Source: Chiloscyllium plagiosum
Lineage: Eukaryota
Length of the DNA: 64,000 bases
NCBI RefSeq assembly: GCF_004010195.1
Contig: NC_057728.1
Span: 44,144,569 to 44,208,568, forward strand
Reading direction: 5' to 3'
Numbering within the stretch: the first letter of the stretch is position 1; each line of letters starts with the position of its first letter. The position numbers were made by a program, and so were the translations under genes. The notes under the pieces are model-generated. The model saw only the letters and a program-made list of their open reading frames with translations. It was not told the origin of the DNA and ran no database searches. Below, in pieces: positions 38,335 through 52,305 of this stretch.

Positions 38335-39430
38335 AAATCTGGGATTCAGGGAGAGCTTGCCAATTGGCTACAAAGTTGGCTTGACATTAGGAGACAGAAG
38401 CTGGTGGTGGAATGTTGTTTTTTTCAGACTGGAAGCCTGCAGCAGGTGGTGTTCTGCAGGGATCGGTGTGGGTCCATTGTTGTTTGTCATTCATATAAAT
38501 GATTTGGATGAGAATATAGGAAGAAATGCTAGTAATTTCGTGGATGACACCACAACTGATGGTATAGTCGCCATGAGGAAAGTTATCTAAGATTGCAAAA
38601 GGATTTTGATCAATTTGACCAATAGGACAAGGAGTGCAGATGGACTTTAATTTAGATGAATACGAGGTGTTGCAATTTGGTAAGACAAGCAAGAGCAGGA
38701 CTTGCACAGTAAATGTAGGGCTCTAAGGAGTGTTGCAGAACAGAGAGACCTTGTGATTGAGGTACATAGTTCATTAAAAGTTGTGTCACAGCTCAACACA
38801 GCTAGACAGAAGCTGTTTGGAATGCTTGCCTTAATTTCTCAGACTGTGGAGTTTAGGAGTTGGGATACAGGATGTTGCTGAGGCCACTTTTAGAGTACTG
38901 TGTATACCTCTGGTCGCCCTGCTATAGGAAGAATATTATTCAATTAGAAAAGATGCAGAAAATATTTACAAATTTGTTACCAGGATTGGAGGGTTTGAGT
39001 AATAAGGAGAGACTGGATAAACTGGGACTTTTTTCACTGGAGCATAGGTTGTTGAGGGATGACCTTATAGAGGTTTATAAAATCATGAGGGGCAGAGATA
39101 AGGTGAAAACAAGGTGTTCTTTTCCCCTGAGGTGAAGGGATTCAAAACTAGAGGGGGTAATTCTAAGGTGACAGGAGAAAGATTTGAAAGGGACCTGAGG
39201 GGTGACTTTTTCACACAAATATCACATAGAGGGTGGTTCATATGTGGAATGAACTGCAAGAGGAAGCGGTAGATGCATGTGCAGTTACAATATTTAAGAG
39301 ACATTTGGAATGGAAAAGGTTTAGAAGGATATGGGCCAGACAAATGGGATTAATTTAGTTTGAGAATCTTGGTTGGCATGGGTGAGTTGGACTGAAGGGT
39401 CTGTTTCTGCACTGTATGATGCTATGACTC
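38335..39430 (+). mobile_element. CR1/HER1-related LINE, RT to 3' tail
   Basis: GPLLFVIHINDLDEN..FVDDT, LRPLLEYCVYLWSP..LFSLEHR..LIEVYKIMRG; tail TGTATGATGCTATGACTC. Confidence 0.88.
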
Positions 39431-42299
39431 CATGGGCTTTGTAGCCAGGACTCAAGATCCCCAACATTTCAATAAGATTTTGGCCCATAATTGGCACAAT
39501 TAATCTTTTTTAATCACATGCTAGATATCAGTTTGAAATCCAGGTTCATATGGTCCAATTGCAAAATATTAAAGCACCACAGCTTTAAAAATGATAAAAT
39601 ATTTATTAATATGAAGATTTTATATTTTCAATTTAGATAAGGAGCCAATAGTATTCATAAAACATTCTCATGAAATAAATTTTGTTTCCTAAGTGATATA
39701 ACCAATTACCAATTTTTTGGCCTGAAGTCTGACACCAAAATTCATGGTACAGCATGGAATGTGCATGGAGGAATATGTCTGATATTTGTCTAGAGCAGAC
39801 CTTTTGATGGTGAATGCCACAAAAAGTTATTGAAGATGTATAGCTTACTGGCAATCTTTCTGGATGTTACAGAGATCATCCCCTCTCAACCCAAAAAAAC
39901 AAATTGCTGTCATAACTTGCTCAAGTCAGCATTAAAGTTGCAACTTGGCTGATTAGCCTGACCTTTCACCTATTCCAAGATTGTTAAAGTAACTATGTAA
40001 TTCGATATCAATGGAATGGTTACTCGTGTATGATTATTCCAATACTTTGGATGGAGATTTAACAAGGAGAGCAAGCTAATAAATTAAAAAAAAAGAGTGC
40101 CAGGATTTATGCAGATGGTTAACTTCCAAATGTTATGTGTCACATTAACTATTGAGCGATTTTCTTTCTACTCTAACATTTTCAATAATGTAAATGTATT
40201 AAAGAATTTTACTTGTTGGGTGGGCATTGATTTTTATATTAGACACAGAACTCTGCTATGCTTGAGAAAAATAACTGGCAGCTAGCAGTACAACTTTGTT
40301 CTACTGGCTTGCACTGATTAAAGCAAATATCTGTCTCAAACTGGTATCTCTTGCGCCTTGCTCTCCTGTGTTATGCAATGTCTGTCTCCTGTGTTGCAGC
40401 AGGATCCAATTCCTGAGCTTATCTGGATTATCCTGCATAAATATCTTTAAGCAATCAATCAAAAATTAAATACACAGTTAAGGAAGCAGTGGATAAAGTT
40501 TCAGTGCCTTTACTGAAGGTATCACTACACAGCATTTCAACTGAGAAGTGATAGTTACATGCTGACAAAAATTATTGGGGGGGTGGGGTGGGAAGGTTCA
40601 TCATTGTAAAAGGGGTCCAATTGGTCCATCGTCTCACTTCAGAAGCAATCTTTCTTAGTTGCACACCCTGGCTCTTTAAGCAATGCTTTGTTAGTTCCTT
40701 ATCATCAAGTATCATCCAATTTCATTTTAAAATTATTTATGGAATCAGCTTCCACACTTTTTCAGTTAGAATGCTCTTGTTCTTTTGCCAATGATTTCAA
40801 AAACCTGGAGACTGCACAGATCTTAACTGATGGGTGACACCAGGCCCCATTTTTGAGAGCTTTTGCTGATAGGGAAAGGATGTTAGGGCACAGTTCACGT
40901 ATCAATAAATTTGATCAGGGTCATTTGAATTCAGCGCTACATTCAAATAATCTTTGTCTTCACAAGGGCCTTAACTCGGAGTCACACAACTTTAGGGCAG
41001 CATCTGATTTACATCTTGGGTTGGTAGGCCCAACTTCATCCTACACTCTCCACCCTGGAGAAGAAATCAGGTCTGATGAGGCATTTTCTTCCAAAGCAGA
41101 TACAGCAAGCTGGAATATTTTGGAGTCATGCAGGGCAGATAAGGTCTGTAGAATGCCAATCTATTAAACCTGTCAATGAGAGTTGAAAAAATCTTTCTTG
41201 CAGTAGCTGTTGTCATTGCATTATGGGACTGTTGCTCTACCATTAGTGTTTGGCTGATGTCCACAGCTTATAATCATTGCAGCAAAGGATATGGGAGTAG
41301 GAACTTCTAAGTTCATAGTTTAATTGACCAAAAGATATTATAAAAGGATTTGCTGCATTTGACAGGTGATGAGATGTAAGCAGTGAGGGCCTAAAAATTA
41401 GGGAAACAATTTTGATGAAGTCCCAGAGAATGAAACTGTGCACTTTAAACAGCCCACCTCCACCAACAGCAACCCCTGTGGCAATTTCTGATGTGTGTCT
41501 AGGATCAGCAGACCCAATTATACCCCTCACCTGCCACCTATGTGTCACAACCAGGACTGGTGAGGATCTTTCTCTCAAGGCAGGTGTGACAAACTGGGAG
41601 CATTCTTGAATTGTGCTACTTGTCACAGGACCAAAATTCTGCTCTTAAATTTGTGATGTCTGACTATTGATCCATTTGCCAGTGGGTATACTGTTCCTCC
41701 ATCTCCTCCATCAATGCTTCTTTCAACTTTGAAGTCCTTGATTTCATTATCTCTTAAACTTCTCTGTACCAAGGAGAATAATCCAAACATGTTGTGCACA
41801 ATTTTAAGCTCCAGGAAAGATGGTCAGAGAAAACATAAAGGAAGGAAAGTTTTGCAGAGAGGGTTTATCGGATTGTTATCAGGACTGATAAACTAGAGTT
41901 ATGAAGAGTTGGAAAAGTTAAGATTGCTAATATGGAACCTTTCATGCAACAATGGCCTGATAGGAACTTAGTCTGCAATATTCACCTCAGGAATAACGCT
42001 AGCCCAGCGGCTTTTGCCTGCAGGCTCTTTCTGTGCAGAGGTGTATTGATTTCCAGTCAACTAAAACCCGTGAGCTGGACGGGATGCCAGTTAGGAGTTG
42101 GCAGCTTACTGCTTAAATTCAACTGAAATGTGAATTTCAAAATGATCCAGGTTTCCCAACTAATGACTTGGTGCTCATTGAGGACAAAATTAAAAATAAT
42201 CTTTCAACACTCCTGATAATTCATCATTTCCCATTTGAGTAAATTCAATATTCAAATCCTGGTTTAGGCATGAATCCATGATTCAAACATTATGCCTGA

Positions 42300-42960
42300 C
42301 TATTAGGTGAATTTACAGCTTATAATTTTCAACTATCCCACCTGTCTCTAAGCTAACCTTTCACCCTCAATAAACTTGACTTGATCCAAATCTCCAATGT
42401 CGATATCTCAGCATGCTGTAGGTCCACCTACCCGTCACCACATGTGCTTGTTAACTTGTTTTTTGCTTCAGCAGCGTATTTAATTTAAAATGTTCGAGCT
42501 GTGTATTGTCTACATGGGCTTTCACCTTCTTCGTTCTGCAATCTGTTCCAGCTCTACAACAGTTAAAGAACACTGCATTCCTGAAAATCTGATCTTTTAC
42601 ACATTCACCAATTACTTCACTCCACCCATTGGCAGCTGGGCATTCAGCAGTCAATGGATCATAAAATCAGAAGCAATCAGAGCAGGAATAAGCCATCTGG
42701 TCCATCGAGCCTGCTCCACTTAACAATGAGATCATGGCAGGTCTTTATATGGCCATTGCTCCACTTTTCTGCCTCTTTCCCATAATCCATAACTCTCTCA
42801 TGAAACAGCTATCTAACACAGTATTGAACATATTCAATGACCCAATCTCCGCTGCTGTCTGCGGAAGTGCATTCCAAAGATGAATGACTCTCTGAGAGAA
42901 GAAATCTAGGTCCTGAGATTTTATTCTGGCCCTAAACCTCTGTACCTCTCCATCTCACAT
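42300..42960 (+). mobile_element. Old L2 3' fragment containing a CR1 3' tail on the minus strand at about 42658-42905
   Basis: L2-like CCACCCATTGGCAGCTGGGCATTCAGC...CTAGGTCCTGAG..CCCTAAACCTCT is split by CATAAAATCAGAAGC..GGCCATC/TCGAGCCTGCTCCAC (reversed CR1 tail). Confidence 0.55.
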
Positions 42961-43544
42961 CTGCCCAGTTATAATCCTTACGGGCAGTGAAAAACCAAAC
43001 TAACCACATTTATTATTTTATTCCAAAATTACTAAGTTACCTTTAAGATTTCACTTTTTGTAAATTTTATCTTCACACAAATCAGCTCAAATGCAAATTA
43101 CGCCTGAATTAATAAGCAAATATGATAACATTTCAAATAAAAAGCTAACTTTGACACAAAATAGTTGATGCAAAAAATGCACACTTTGCACACTGGTATC
43201 CCCTCTTCAGCTGACAGTATGACAGTACTTAGCTACATGGGTCCACGATATGCTGTTTCCGAGGGTAGGTCAAGAGTCTGTTTGATGACAATTTCCATCT
43301 TTAAATTTAATCTCTGATATTATCATCAGCAATGTGGCCTTTCCCTTGGTTCATGACAGTGGTGTAGCTTTCCAAAGTTGCTTTTCAACCAACTATTTGG
43401 TTAATGGTGTGGTCACTTCTGGAAAAACACCCAGCATTTTAGTGTCTTGTAGCTATACAAACAAATTTCCAGATTTTAGACCATTTTAGCCAGACTCACA
43501 TGATACTTCCAATAGCTCCTGGCACTTCCAGGGAGGCAGTGGGA

Positions 43545-43845
43545 TACTCTTAATGTTCTGGGGACATGGATTCAAATCCCACCATAACAGCTGGTCACAA
43601 TTCAATTAAAAATCTGGAGTAAAACTCTAGCCCAACAGTAACTGTGTGATCGCTGTTCCTCATTGAGAAAAAAAAATTAGTTTGCTAATATTCTCTAGGG
43701 AAGGAAATCTACTGTTTTTTTTATCTGGTCTATATATAACTCTGAATCCACTGCAACATGGTTGCTTCTTAACTTGCCTCTGGGCAATTTATGATCGGTA
43801 AATATTTTGGCCTAGCCTGAGATGCCGATAGCCTATAAATGGCCT
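43545..43845 (+). mobile_element. tRNA-SINE (same family as 2445-2808)
   Basis: AATGTTCTGGGGACATGGATTCAAATCCCACC (B-box-like) and the shared body and tail. Confidence 0.7.
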
Positions 43846-43864
43846 TTAAAAAGTCATGCCAAAT

Positions 43865-44370
43865 AGAACAGAGGAAGGGTCACTCGACCTGAAACGATAA
43901 CTCTGATTTCTGTTCTGTCTTCCTTTTTCCTTAACTGGGAATTCTTCCACTATTGTGTTAGATAGATGTCTTTCATTGCATACAGCCTTTTCCCACAACT
44001 CTGCTTTCACCCCTTCTGTGGTTGCAGAACTACAAGAGGATCCTCTGTATTCTCATCAACTAACTCAGCTGCCTCAGATATAGATAATATTCCTTCATTG
44101 TCGCCACATTCTGCACAATCACAAATTCCCTCATGTTCCATTTTAGTAATATGAAGGGATCAGTCCCATTAGGACACACTGATCTATTCCTCAATCCAGC
44201 CAAACATACTGGATATCTTTCTGTAAAAATACAGGAAATACAACACTTGCTTTTTCATCTCTCTGTCCTCAAACTCCAAAGCCCTGGATGTTACTTTGAG
44301 GTACAAGCATGATTAACATGGCCTTCTTTCAATTTATTTTTTGCTCACAATGCAACCTATTCTACACTGC
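43865..44370 (+). mobile_element. Old Penelope-like fragment: decayed hammerhead plus GIY-YIG remnant
   Basis: CAGAGGA-A-GGGTC-ACTC-GACCT-GAAACG at 43869-43896. Later a KYNTC..FEVQA..CSQCNLFYT remnant, colinear with the 57248-57559 ORF. Confidence 0.55.
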
Positions 44371-44781
44371 TCTTCCCTTTCTGTTTTTATTTCATATTTC
44401 TATCCGTAGTACTTGTGTTTTTATAACACTAAATCTCAATAGAAATGAAATTGGCAGATGTACAATAGGAGACTAATGAGCGATCAGAGTCTCTATACAA
44501 AATGTTGCTTTTTTGAGCTTGTTAATTACTTTCTTCCACAGTATGTTCATCATACAGAATGCTAAGAATTATCTTCTCCTTACACAAATAATCAATGGTC
44601 TTTAAAGGAGAGGTAGTTCAAGTTCAAGCACAATGTACATTCCCACAGCACAGGATGAAAAATTCCAGAGCTACCTGAATGCTGAAAGTAGTAGAAATGG
44701 ACATGAAACAGAAAACAATGTGCTTACGTTAGAAGTTACATGGATAATACAATTGCAACCCAGGCTGATTTTTAAAAAAAT

Positions 44782-45060
44782 TATTCATGAGATGGGGCAT
44801 TTATTGCCCATCCCTAGGTGCTCCTCAGAAGGTGATGGTGTGCTGCTTTCTTGAACCACTGCAGTTCATTTGGGGTGGGTGGACTCACGTTGCCTTCGGG
44901 AGAGAGTTCCAGGATTTTGGCCTAGCAACATTTAAAGGAGCAACAATATAATTCCAATTCAGGGCGGTGAGTGGCTTGGAGAGAAACTCGCATGTGCTTG
45001 TATTCCCATGCCTCGTTTTCTTCTAGATGGTAATGATTGTGTGTTTGGAACACATAAGTT
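44782..45060 (-). mobile_element. LINE family A 3' end; a plus-strand tail copy follows at about 45150-45228
   Basis: GCATTTATTGCCCATCCCTAGG..GAAGGTGATGGTG..TTGAACCACTGCAG..GAGTTCCAGGATTTTG. Confidence 0.7.
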
Positions 45061-45455
45061 TTAGAGGGGAGTTGACATATTAAAGAAGAGAAATAAAGAG
45101 AGTACAATAAAAAGTGGACTGCAGCGGTCAAATTGGCAGCTGACTAAAACCTTCTCAAGGGCAATTAGGGACAGGCAATAAATGCTGGCCAGTCAGCAAA
45201 GCCCACATCTCAAAAATGAATTAAAAAAAAGAGACTGGCAATTTAAAATAAAAGGAAATTCAACAATCTTCTTTCGGCATTGGAGCTGATTACAGAAAAG
45301 AAAAATGTGATTTCTACATGGTAGAAAGGACATGGCTGACATATTAAATTAATGCTTTGCATCTCTCTGTTGAAAACAAAAAGGACTTGTATTTTCATAG
45401 AATTTTAATGTTTAATAAAATTTGAATTACAAATCACTGTTTCTTTTCAATGTAG

Positions 45456-45534
45456 GATGCATTAGTTGTTTATAAGGAAGCAATACAGAAGATGCCAAAA
45501 CAGTTTGCACCACAGAGCTTATACAACATGATGG
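45456..45534 (+). CDS. TMTC2: TMTC2 coding exon (79 bp), TPR
   Basis: TGTAG| acceptor, G|GTGAGT donor; DALVVYKEAIQKMPKQFAPQSLYNMM(G). Confidence 0.97.
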
Positions 45535-46261
45535 GTGAGTGTACCAACACATGTCTTGCAATCACACTGCCACATGTAAAGAAGTGTGTTTGTGTTTTAT
45601 AAGGGTATGTTTGGCCCAATGGGTCTGTAATAATGTCATCTTTTTAATCAAATACTGTAAAGCAGCTCTTCTGAATTAACTAGCCCAGTAATTATATATC
45701 ATCTTGTGGAACTGGCTCCAGTCAAAAGCTTCATATAAACACTAAGCTGATGAATCTTTCAATCAAAATTAAGCTCAAAGTCAAAAGTTAGGTAATTTAA
45801 AAAATGATAGTGTAGTGTACAACATATGATGCTTATTAAGTGAAAATTAATTCTTGTTATATTAGTCAAAGTACCACATTAAAAGTGCTTGTTAAACAGA
45901 AACTTAAGTTGATCCTGTGTTGGAGACATGTGGTGGTACAAGTACCACTGCAGAGACATTATTGCTTGTTCAGAGTTGCAATCTACAAATGTGCTTATTA
46001 CAGTCGAAAGATGAGTCAAAGTATATTGTAAACTTATTATCATGTCACTGAGCTTATATTATTGTACCATAATGTGTTACCTTAAGCTATTCAATTTTGT
46101 TTGAGTAGGGATAAACAAAAAACTAATAATAGTAAGATGTTAAATTTGCTATTGTGACGAATATCTCCCTAATCAAGCTTAGACAAAACACTAAATTATG
46201 AATACTCTATAGGATTGAAAATATAGTATGAGCATCTCCAATACTTAAAAACAAACGTTAT

Positions 46262-47018
46262 GGGCTGGATTTTCTGAGGAGTAGCAATCTCTTACGGATT
46301 GCCAATCCAGCCCTTCTTTTTAACAAAAGAAGAGAGCTCTGCATTTCTGAAAATAGATTCCACTCAATGTTCCATCAGAAATATGCAACTGTACTTCCAT
46401 TCTGAGAGATGTTCCATAATGCAGAACTCTCAATGAAGGCAGAGGAAGGGTGATCAGGCAGGGTCTGGCAGCAAGTGGATCGAGTTAGTGGTTGTGAGGG
46501 GGAGAAGTGGGAGGTGTCAGGGGTTAGTTCCAATATCAGGTGTAGGGGGGAGGTTCAGGTGTTGATCAGGGCAGGGGTGTTAGCTTCCTGAGTTGAGTCT
46601 TGGGTCCTATGTCAGGTCTTGGGGTGGGGTAACTTGGCGGCTGGTGTGTTGGGTCCCCAGGTATTATCCAGTCAGGGTCTGGGGTCTGTAAATGGTTTTG
46701 GGGAGGTGTAGATGGGCATGTACTAGGAGGTGCAATATGAAGTCAATTAAATACTTATTCTGGAGTTAGACTACTCATTTAATAGTGCAACATTTCTTCA
46801 ACAACTATTTCACTGAATTTCATTGGAACCCTCCAAAATCTCCAATTTAATTCAAAATACTTGGAGACTTCCAGGCTTTGAGGAATTACCCAGAGAAAAA
46901 TTCAAATTCCTGGGCAATTCCTTCAGAGTCTGCTACGATGAAGGATTCTACAAGCTCTCCATACGCACCTCCCATATGCACTAGAATAATGACAGTCTGG
47001 CCAATGGAAAATCCGAGC
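46262..47018. mobile_element. Possible old non-autonomous DNA transposon (Harbinger-like MITE)
   Basis: Imperfect terminal inverted repeats GGGCTGGATTTTC / GAAAATCCGAGC; internal hairpin GGAATTACCCAG..CTGGGCAATTCC. Confidence 0.3.
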
Positions 47019-47465
47019 TAATATGCCTGTAGATCTTAACTTGGAACCATTCCTTAAATATCCATTTCTATTGTCTCTCTGCTCAGGGTTACATTGTTTC
47101 CTCAGGAATGTGATGTTAGATTAATGCTATTTTTCTGAGGATGCTGGCCTCCTACCTGTTACAATATATTATTCTTTGGGTTGAATAATGTTTTGGAGGA
47201 GTACTGTTGCTGGTGACATGCTTCATTTCTATTTCCAGTCAGCACGGTTGAATTCCAAAAGGTCATTACTCAAACTGGACATCAAAGTACTGTATGCTGG
47301 GCTTCTCTGTTGTGTGGAATCTGTCCATTTGTTAACTTGTCATATTATAACGAAGCACAGGAGTTGGACATATTTAAACAATTTTCCTTGGTATTCTTGC
47401 GCTATGAGAGAGTATCATTAAAGATACATATCGTTGTGAGCTTTGACCTTCATCTGTACCCACAG

Positions 47466-47587
47466 GTGAAGCATACATGAGACTGAACAAACTGACGGAG
47501 GCTGAGTACTGGTACCTGGAGTCCCTGCATTCCAAGCCTGATCATATCCCTGCCCATCTCACGTATGGAAAGCTTTTGGCACTCACT
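47466..47587 (+). CDS. TMTC2: TMTC2 coding exon (122 bp), TPR
   Basis: CCACAG| acceptor, ACT|GTGAGT donor; (G)EAYMRLNKLTEAEYWYLESLHSKPDHIPAHLTYGKLLALT. Confidence 0.97.
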
Positions 47588-48984
47588 GTGAGTTCATTGT
47601 ATTATCTTTTTCATGCTCTTTACACAACTCGTATTACACAAGTGGTCCCTTGTGAAATCGTGCATTCACGAAAGCAAGTCATTAGATCTTAGCACTTACC
47701 TTCATAATTATTTAAACTTTTCACACTTTCAGCACGTTTTTTAACTTGAAAGATGTTCAATATGCTTCTCAAGCAAATTTGATCAATACAAGACCATATT
47801 TTTTTCTGACATGTTATAATTATTGTTTTAATTTATTGAACATAATTTGTTGAATAGCAATATGTCTGATTTGTAATGTTGTTACAAAAAGTAATTATTA
47901 TGACCAGCATTTTCCCTATGTTTAATGCAGCAGGCACATTTGGGTGCTAGCTGTATTGACTTTAAGATTATGCTGACAGACATTGAAGGAAATTGGTGCA
48001 CTCAGTTTGTAAGTCCCACTTCATCAGATTTACAAAAATAATGTATGAACCTTCTGTGATGCTAATGTGCTTTGCCCATCTGACAGTTGTACCCTATTAC
48101 CAGGGCAAGTCACTTTGGAATTACTTCAGTTGATTTGATTACTAAACTCCACTGGGAATGTAAGTGTTAGACTTTTGTAAATAGATACAACAATTTCAAT
48201 GTGCTTCAGTTTCAACAGCAACATGACACTCTTGCTGTTATATTAAAATTAGTTGTATTCTGCTTCTTATGCTGCATTTCACATGACTGGTGATTGATCT
48301 TTTTAAGTATTTTTATGCCAGCAGCTCAGATTTCCCAATTTGTTTGAGAAACAAAATCTCCTCGGGTTTTGGGAATGCTCATAATTCTTGTAAATGCAAT
48401 TGCTCTTTCCAGATATGGGAATAGATTTTTGCAGCAAACAGGTATTTTCATTGTTTATTTTATTTTTGTTTTCTACCTCTTTTATATTCTGTATTTATTT
48501 GGCACCAACGCCTGCCAGAATATTTCCTTTATTGACTTGGATTATGTCAGGACTGGGTGCCTAATCATATTCTTCAAATGTAATTGAACAATGAAGTGAT
48601 TATCTGAAGCTTTCCAACTTGAATACTCTTCATATTTGTGTGTTTGACACACTGTTTCACTTCACTTTCTGGAGACACTATTTTTGTGAAACCTCTGTTC
48701 AATTTGCATATCTCCTAGACTCATGTCAACATTAAATCATGATTAGTCAGAGTAGCACACGATTAAAGGAACAAAATGAGCATGTCTGCTTTTCCTCTAC
48801 AGCTATATTGAATAACTCATTTTCATGAGGCAATATACCCAGTAAAACACTGAAAATAGTAAAATCTTGTTCCAACAGTGGTAGACAAATTGATGTAACA
48901 TTCAATGATGGGATCTTGAATCTATGTATATAAATAGATGTTCATGTACTCTGCTATGTGATATCAGTCCACTTGCTGAAGAAA

Positions 48985-49128
48985 TCTTATCCAGAAAATA
49001 ACAAGATCTTTCTTTTGTTTGAGGGATAACTGTTGTTAGGGCTATAGAAGGAATATGTACTGCAAATTGTGCTGTAGAATCTTTTGCATCCACCTGAGAG
49101 GGCACACACACTTTCTCATCTGAAAGTC
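48985..49128 (-). mobile_element. Deu-domain SINE fragment
   Basis: TTGAGGGATAA..ATCTTTTGCATCCACCTGAGAGGGCA is the reverse of the Deu core CCCTCTCAGGTGGA.GYAAAAGAT. Confidence 0.55.
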
Positions 49129-50694
49129 AGGTTGACAAAATGTTAAATGGCTTCTGCTACAACAATGAGTAATAACCATGTTGCTGGTATCAGCAATCCA
49201 GAGATATGACTTCATTGCTTTGTTTATTAATTTGCTTTGGATCCAAGTCATTCCAGACTTCAATTCACTATTTCCTGTGAAAACTACACATACATTAAAA
49301 GCCACATGTTCCCTTATTACACTGATATATATCAGTAAGAGGAGGATGCATGTTTTAATTGGTGTTTGATTAGTTACCCACTTAAATTAATTGGGACTGA
49401 GCTGCAAAATAACAACATTAGGCATTGCAATTCATTGCAGCATCCTGGGCATAGAAGATACAAAATTGTTTTAAATGAAGTCAATCTCACTTGAATCTTG
49501 AACACAAATCTGCAGGTGTGGATGACAAGAATTTGTCACTAAAATTGAAATGTCAGTTTGTATATATCATACTGCTACAGTGAGGCACAATGGGATGAGG
49601 ACTTCTTTTTGCTGATATAGGAGTGGACCTTATTGCATGTACTATTGCAACATATTTCCATCATATAACAAGAATTTCTTTTGATCTAGAAACTACTATT
49701 TTTCAATTTTCCGTTTTTCACATTTTGCTTATATTCTAAATAGAATTAATGTTGATTGTTTTATCAGACAAAATGTGCTTGGGCTTACCAGTCAGTCAAA
49801 TTCTACCTAATACTGATTTATGATTGTACATGCCGATTGTATAGTTTAGTCTGTTTATAGCTCTGCCATGTAAAATAAATGACAATGTGTGCTGGGCAAA
49901 TCTATCAATTTGATGCAGTGAAACTTATGTAAATGCACAACATTTAAACAAATGGAAAGTTGGGCAGTATTACGCAAATGTTTACATTACAGATCATTTT
50001 ACCATGCAATAATTAATGATCTCAACTTTACTATAATTAACATTGTTAAGGAAACAGCATTTCATTTGCAATTGAAGTGACTAAGCATGTGGTTTTCATA
50101 TGGATCTTTCTGCCTCTGTCTTTCCTCTACTGTTTATCTTGTTTATCTGTGTTTCTGCCTGTATGAGAATTGCACACTGACTGGCTTACTTTCACTCCTT
50201 GAGTAATGGGAGATCTGGATGAATAATTGTCTCTTTTGGCTGGCTGGGTTTTCCTTGAAATTTTAGCCGACATATAAAATATCTTGAAGCAAACAATAAC
50301 ACTACAGCAGCTTTACTATTGCTCTAGAAGTTTGTCAAACTAATTTTGTGAAGAAAATACTCCTATACGAATAAACTATCCTTTAAGAAAATTCTTCAAT
50401 GTTTGCAGCTCACCGTTTATAAACTATATTCTTTTGTTTCTTTGTAACATATTCCTCCATTTCACACACAATATCCTGAACTAAAAAAAAACAACGCTTA
50501 CTTCCCAAGCATCTTGAGTTGGTTAGATGACAGTGACAACCGTGGACTAAGCCTCCTGTTTCATTTCCTTTGAGGCAACCATCCAACCTAAATTGACAGG
50601 ATGATCAGAATTCATGCTGTGCAAGGAATTGTGAAGCATGTTGATTCTTCAAGATGTGGAACAGCATGGAAAATGAACTTTCTGTAAACTTTTC

Positions 50695-50813
50695 CCATTG
50701 ATATTCATTTGACCATTTAATGGTTATAAGTTATACCATTAATATTCATTTTACTGTGTAACTGTTATAAGTTATACCATTGATATTCATTTTACTGTGT
50801 AATGGTTATAAGT
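50695..50813. repeat. Tandem repeat, 41-bp unit, about 2.9 copies
   Basis: CCATTRATATTCATTT...GTTATAAGTTATA starts at 50695, 50736 and 50777. Confidence 0.9.
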
Positions 50814-51054
50814 GTCCTCATTCGGAAGGTTGTATCCTCAACCTGCTAGTTACAGTGAGACGTTGGAATTCGACAATTGAGACACATAGGTTTGAGCGCG
50901 CATGTTTCAGAATTTTATTTAAAATATTATCAGGACTGGACAAATTCTGTTTAAGGCATGATTAACACATAAACGACATTTATCAACTACTGATATATTT
51001 TGTACAGATTGATGTTGAAATGACAACATATGATACCTGTCTATTTGTTGCAGC

Positions 51055-51428
51055 AGAGAAGATTGAGGGTATGGGGGGTGTACATGATTGAGATGTATAA
51101 ATTTGAGGGGCATTGACAGGAAGGAACTTTTCCCCTCGATGGAAGGAGCAATGAAGAAGAGGAATTGGTTTAAGGAGAGCGGCAGGAAGTTCAGAGGGAA
51201 TGTGAGGAAAACATTTTCATTCAGAGGGTGGTGGGAACTTACTGCCAGTATAGGTGGTAGAGACAGAAACCCTCATAACATTTAAGAAGTATTTAGATGC
51301 CAAGACAGAAGGTTATGGTCCAACTGCTGGAAAATGGGATTAGAATAGTTAGCCAGTTGTTTTTGACTACAGCAGACTCAATGGGCAGAATGGTGTTTTT
51401 TTTGGTGATGTAGAGCACTATGGCTGTA
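51055..51428 (+). mobile_element. Older CR1 3' fragment
   Basis: LRGIDRKELFP..FRGNVRKTFSFRGWW and a CR1-like tail. Confidence 0.7.
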
Positions 51429-51624
51429 TATTACATAAGATATTATTTAACCATTCATAAATTAACAAAATTGGTATTCTCTCATAATATGAGTTTAGAA
51501 TCTGCTCATTTCATGCAATGAAATAATTTTGTCAGAATTTTTGCTTTGCTGATCCACAACTTAAGGTGAAAACTATGAGATATTAAAGCCTTTTCTCAAT
51601 TAAGATTTGTTTGTTAATTCACAG

Positions 51625-51706
51625 GGGCGTAAGGAAGAAGCTGAAAAGTATTTCTTGCGATCTATCCAGCTTGATCCCACAAAAGGAAACTGCTATATGC
51701 ATTATG
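51625..51706 (+). CDS. TMTC2: TMTC2 coding exon (82 bp), TPR
   Basis: TCACAG| acceptor, G|GTGAGT donor; GRKEEAEKYFLRSIQLDPTKGNCYMHY(G). Confidence 0.97.
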
Positions 51707-52029
51707 GTGAGTTAACTTTTATTTAAAGTGTTTAACTTGGACCTAGCTTTAGAACAAATCTTGTATAGCATGACACATTATCATAGAATGTCACAAACCA
51801 TTTCACAATTAACTTGTAGTGTAGGGGCTAATTTTTCTTTGTAACAATAACTCCTGCGCAACACAGTTCCACAAACAACAGTAAATGAACAGTCAGTGTA
51901 TGTTAGTTGTGTTGATTGAAGAATAAATTAAAGGGACCTGGATTTATAATACTGACATTGAATGACCATACTTTCTCAATTTGTGTTTCTTCACTTTCAG
52001 CTAAAAGCCACGAAGTAGTGGAAGTTTGA

Positions 52030-52305
52030 TTTTTTTTGCAGATCATCCATTTCCTCTTTACTCTGTGCAGCTGATCTTAAGAACCCATGCCCTGAGACTC
52101 ATTTCTGTTCTCATCACCCTTTTTGAGGCTCCATCTTCTAACCCATACAGCACAATGCTCCACACAGGATATCGTGCAAGTTCCTTTTTCAAGTCTTCCA
52201 TTCTTCTGTTGACCAGTTGTAGAATGGAAGGTTGCTTGCCTTCTGTAGATGTCAGTACTGCCATTCCCGTTTGTGGTCAATTTTGATCCCAGACATTTAA
52301 ATCAA
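52030..52305 (-). mobile_element. RTE-clade LINE fragment
   Basis: Minus strand FKCLGSK...LKKELARYPVWSIVLYG...LKISCTE matches the RTE ORF motifs FKYLGS / VWSILLYG / LRISWTE. Confidence 0.6.

Noticed and set aside
41067..41470. Possible Harbinger (HARBI1-like) transposase remnant on the minus strand (EQQSHNA..KIFSTLIDRFNRL)
   Set aside because: Resemblance is too loose and no DDE motifs are recognisable; it would need an HMM search.
47588..47692. ORF extension VSSLYY... after the exon
   Set aside because: Read-through past a canonical GTGAGT donor; the next exon continues the TMTC2 frame.
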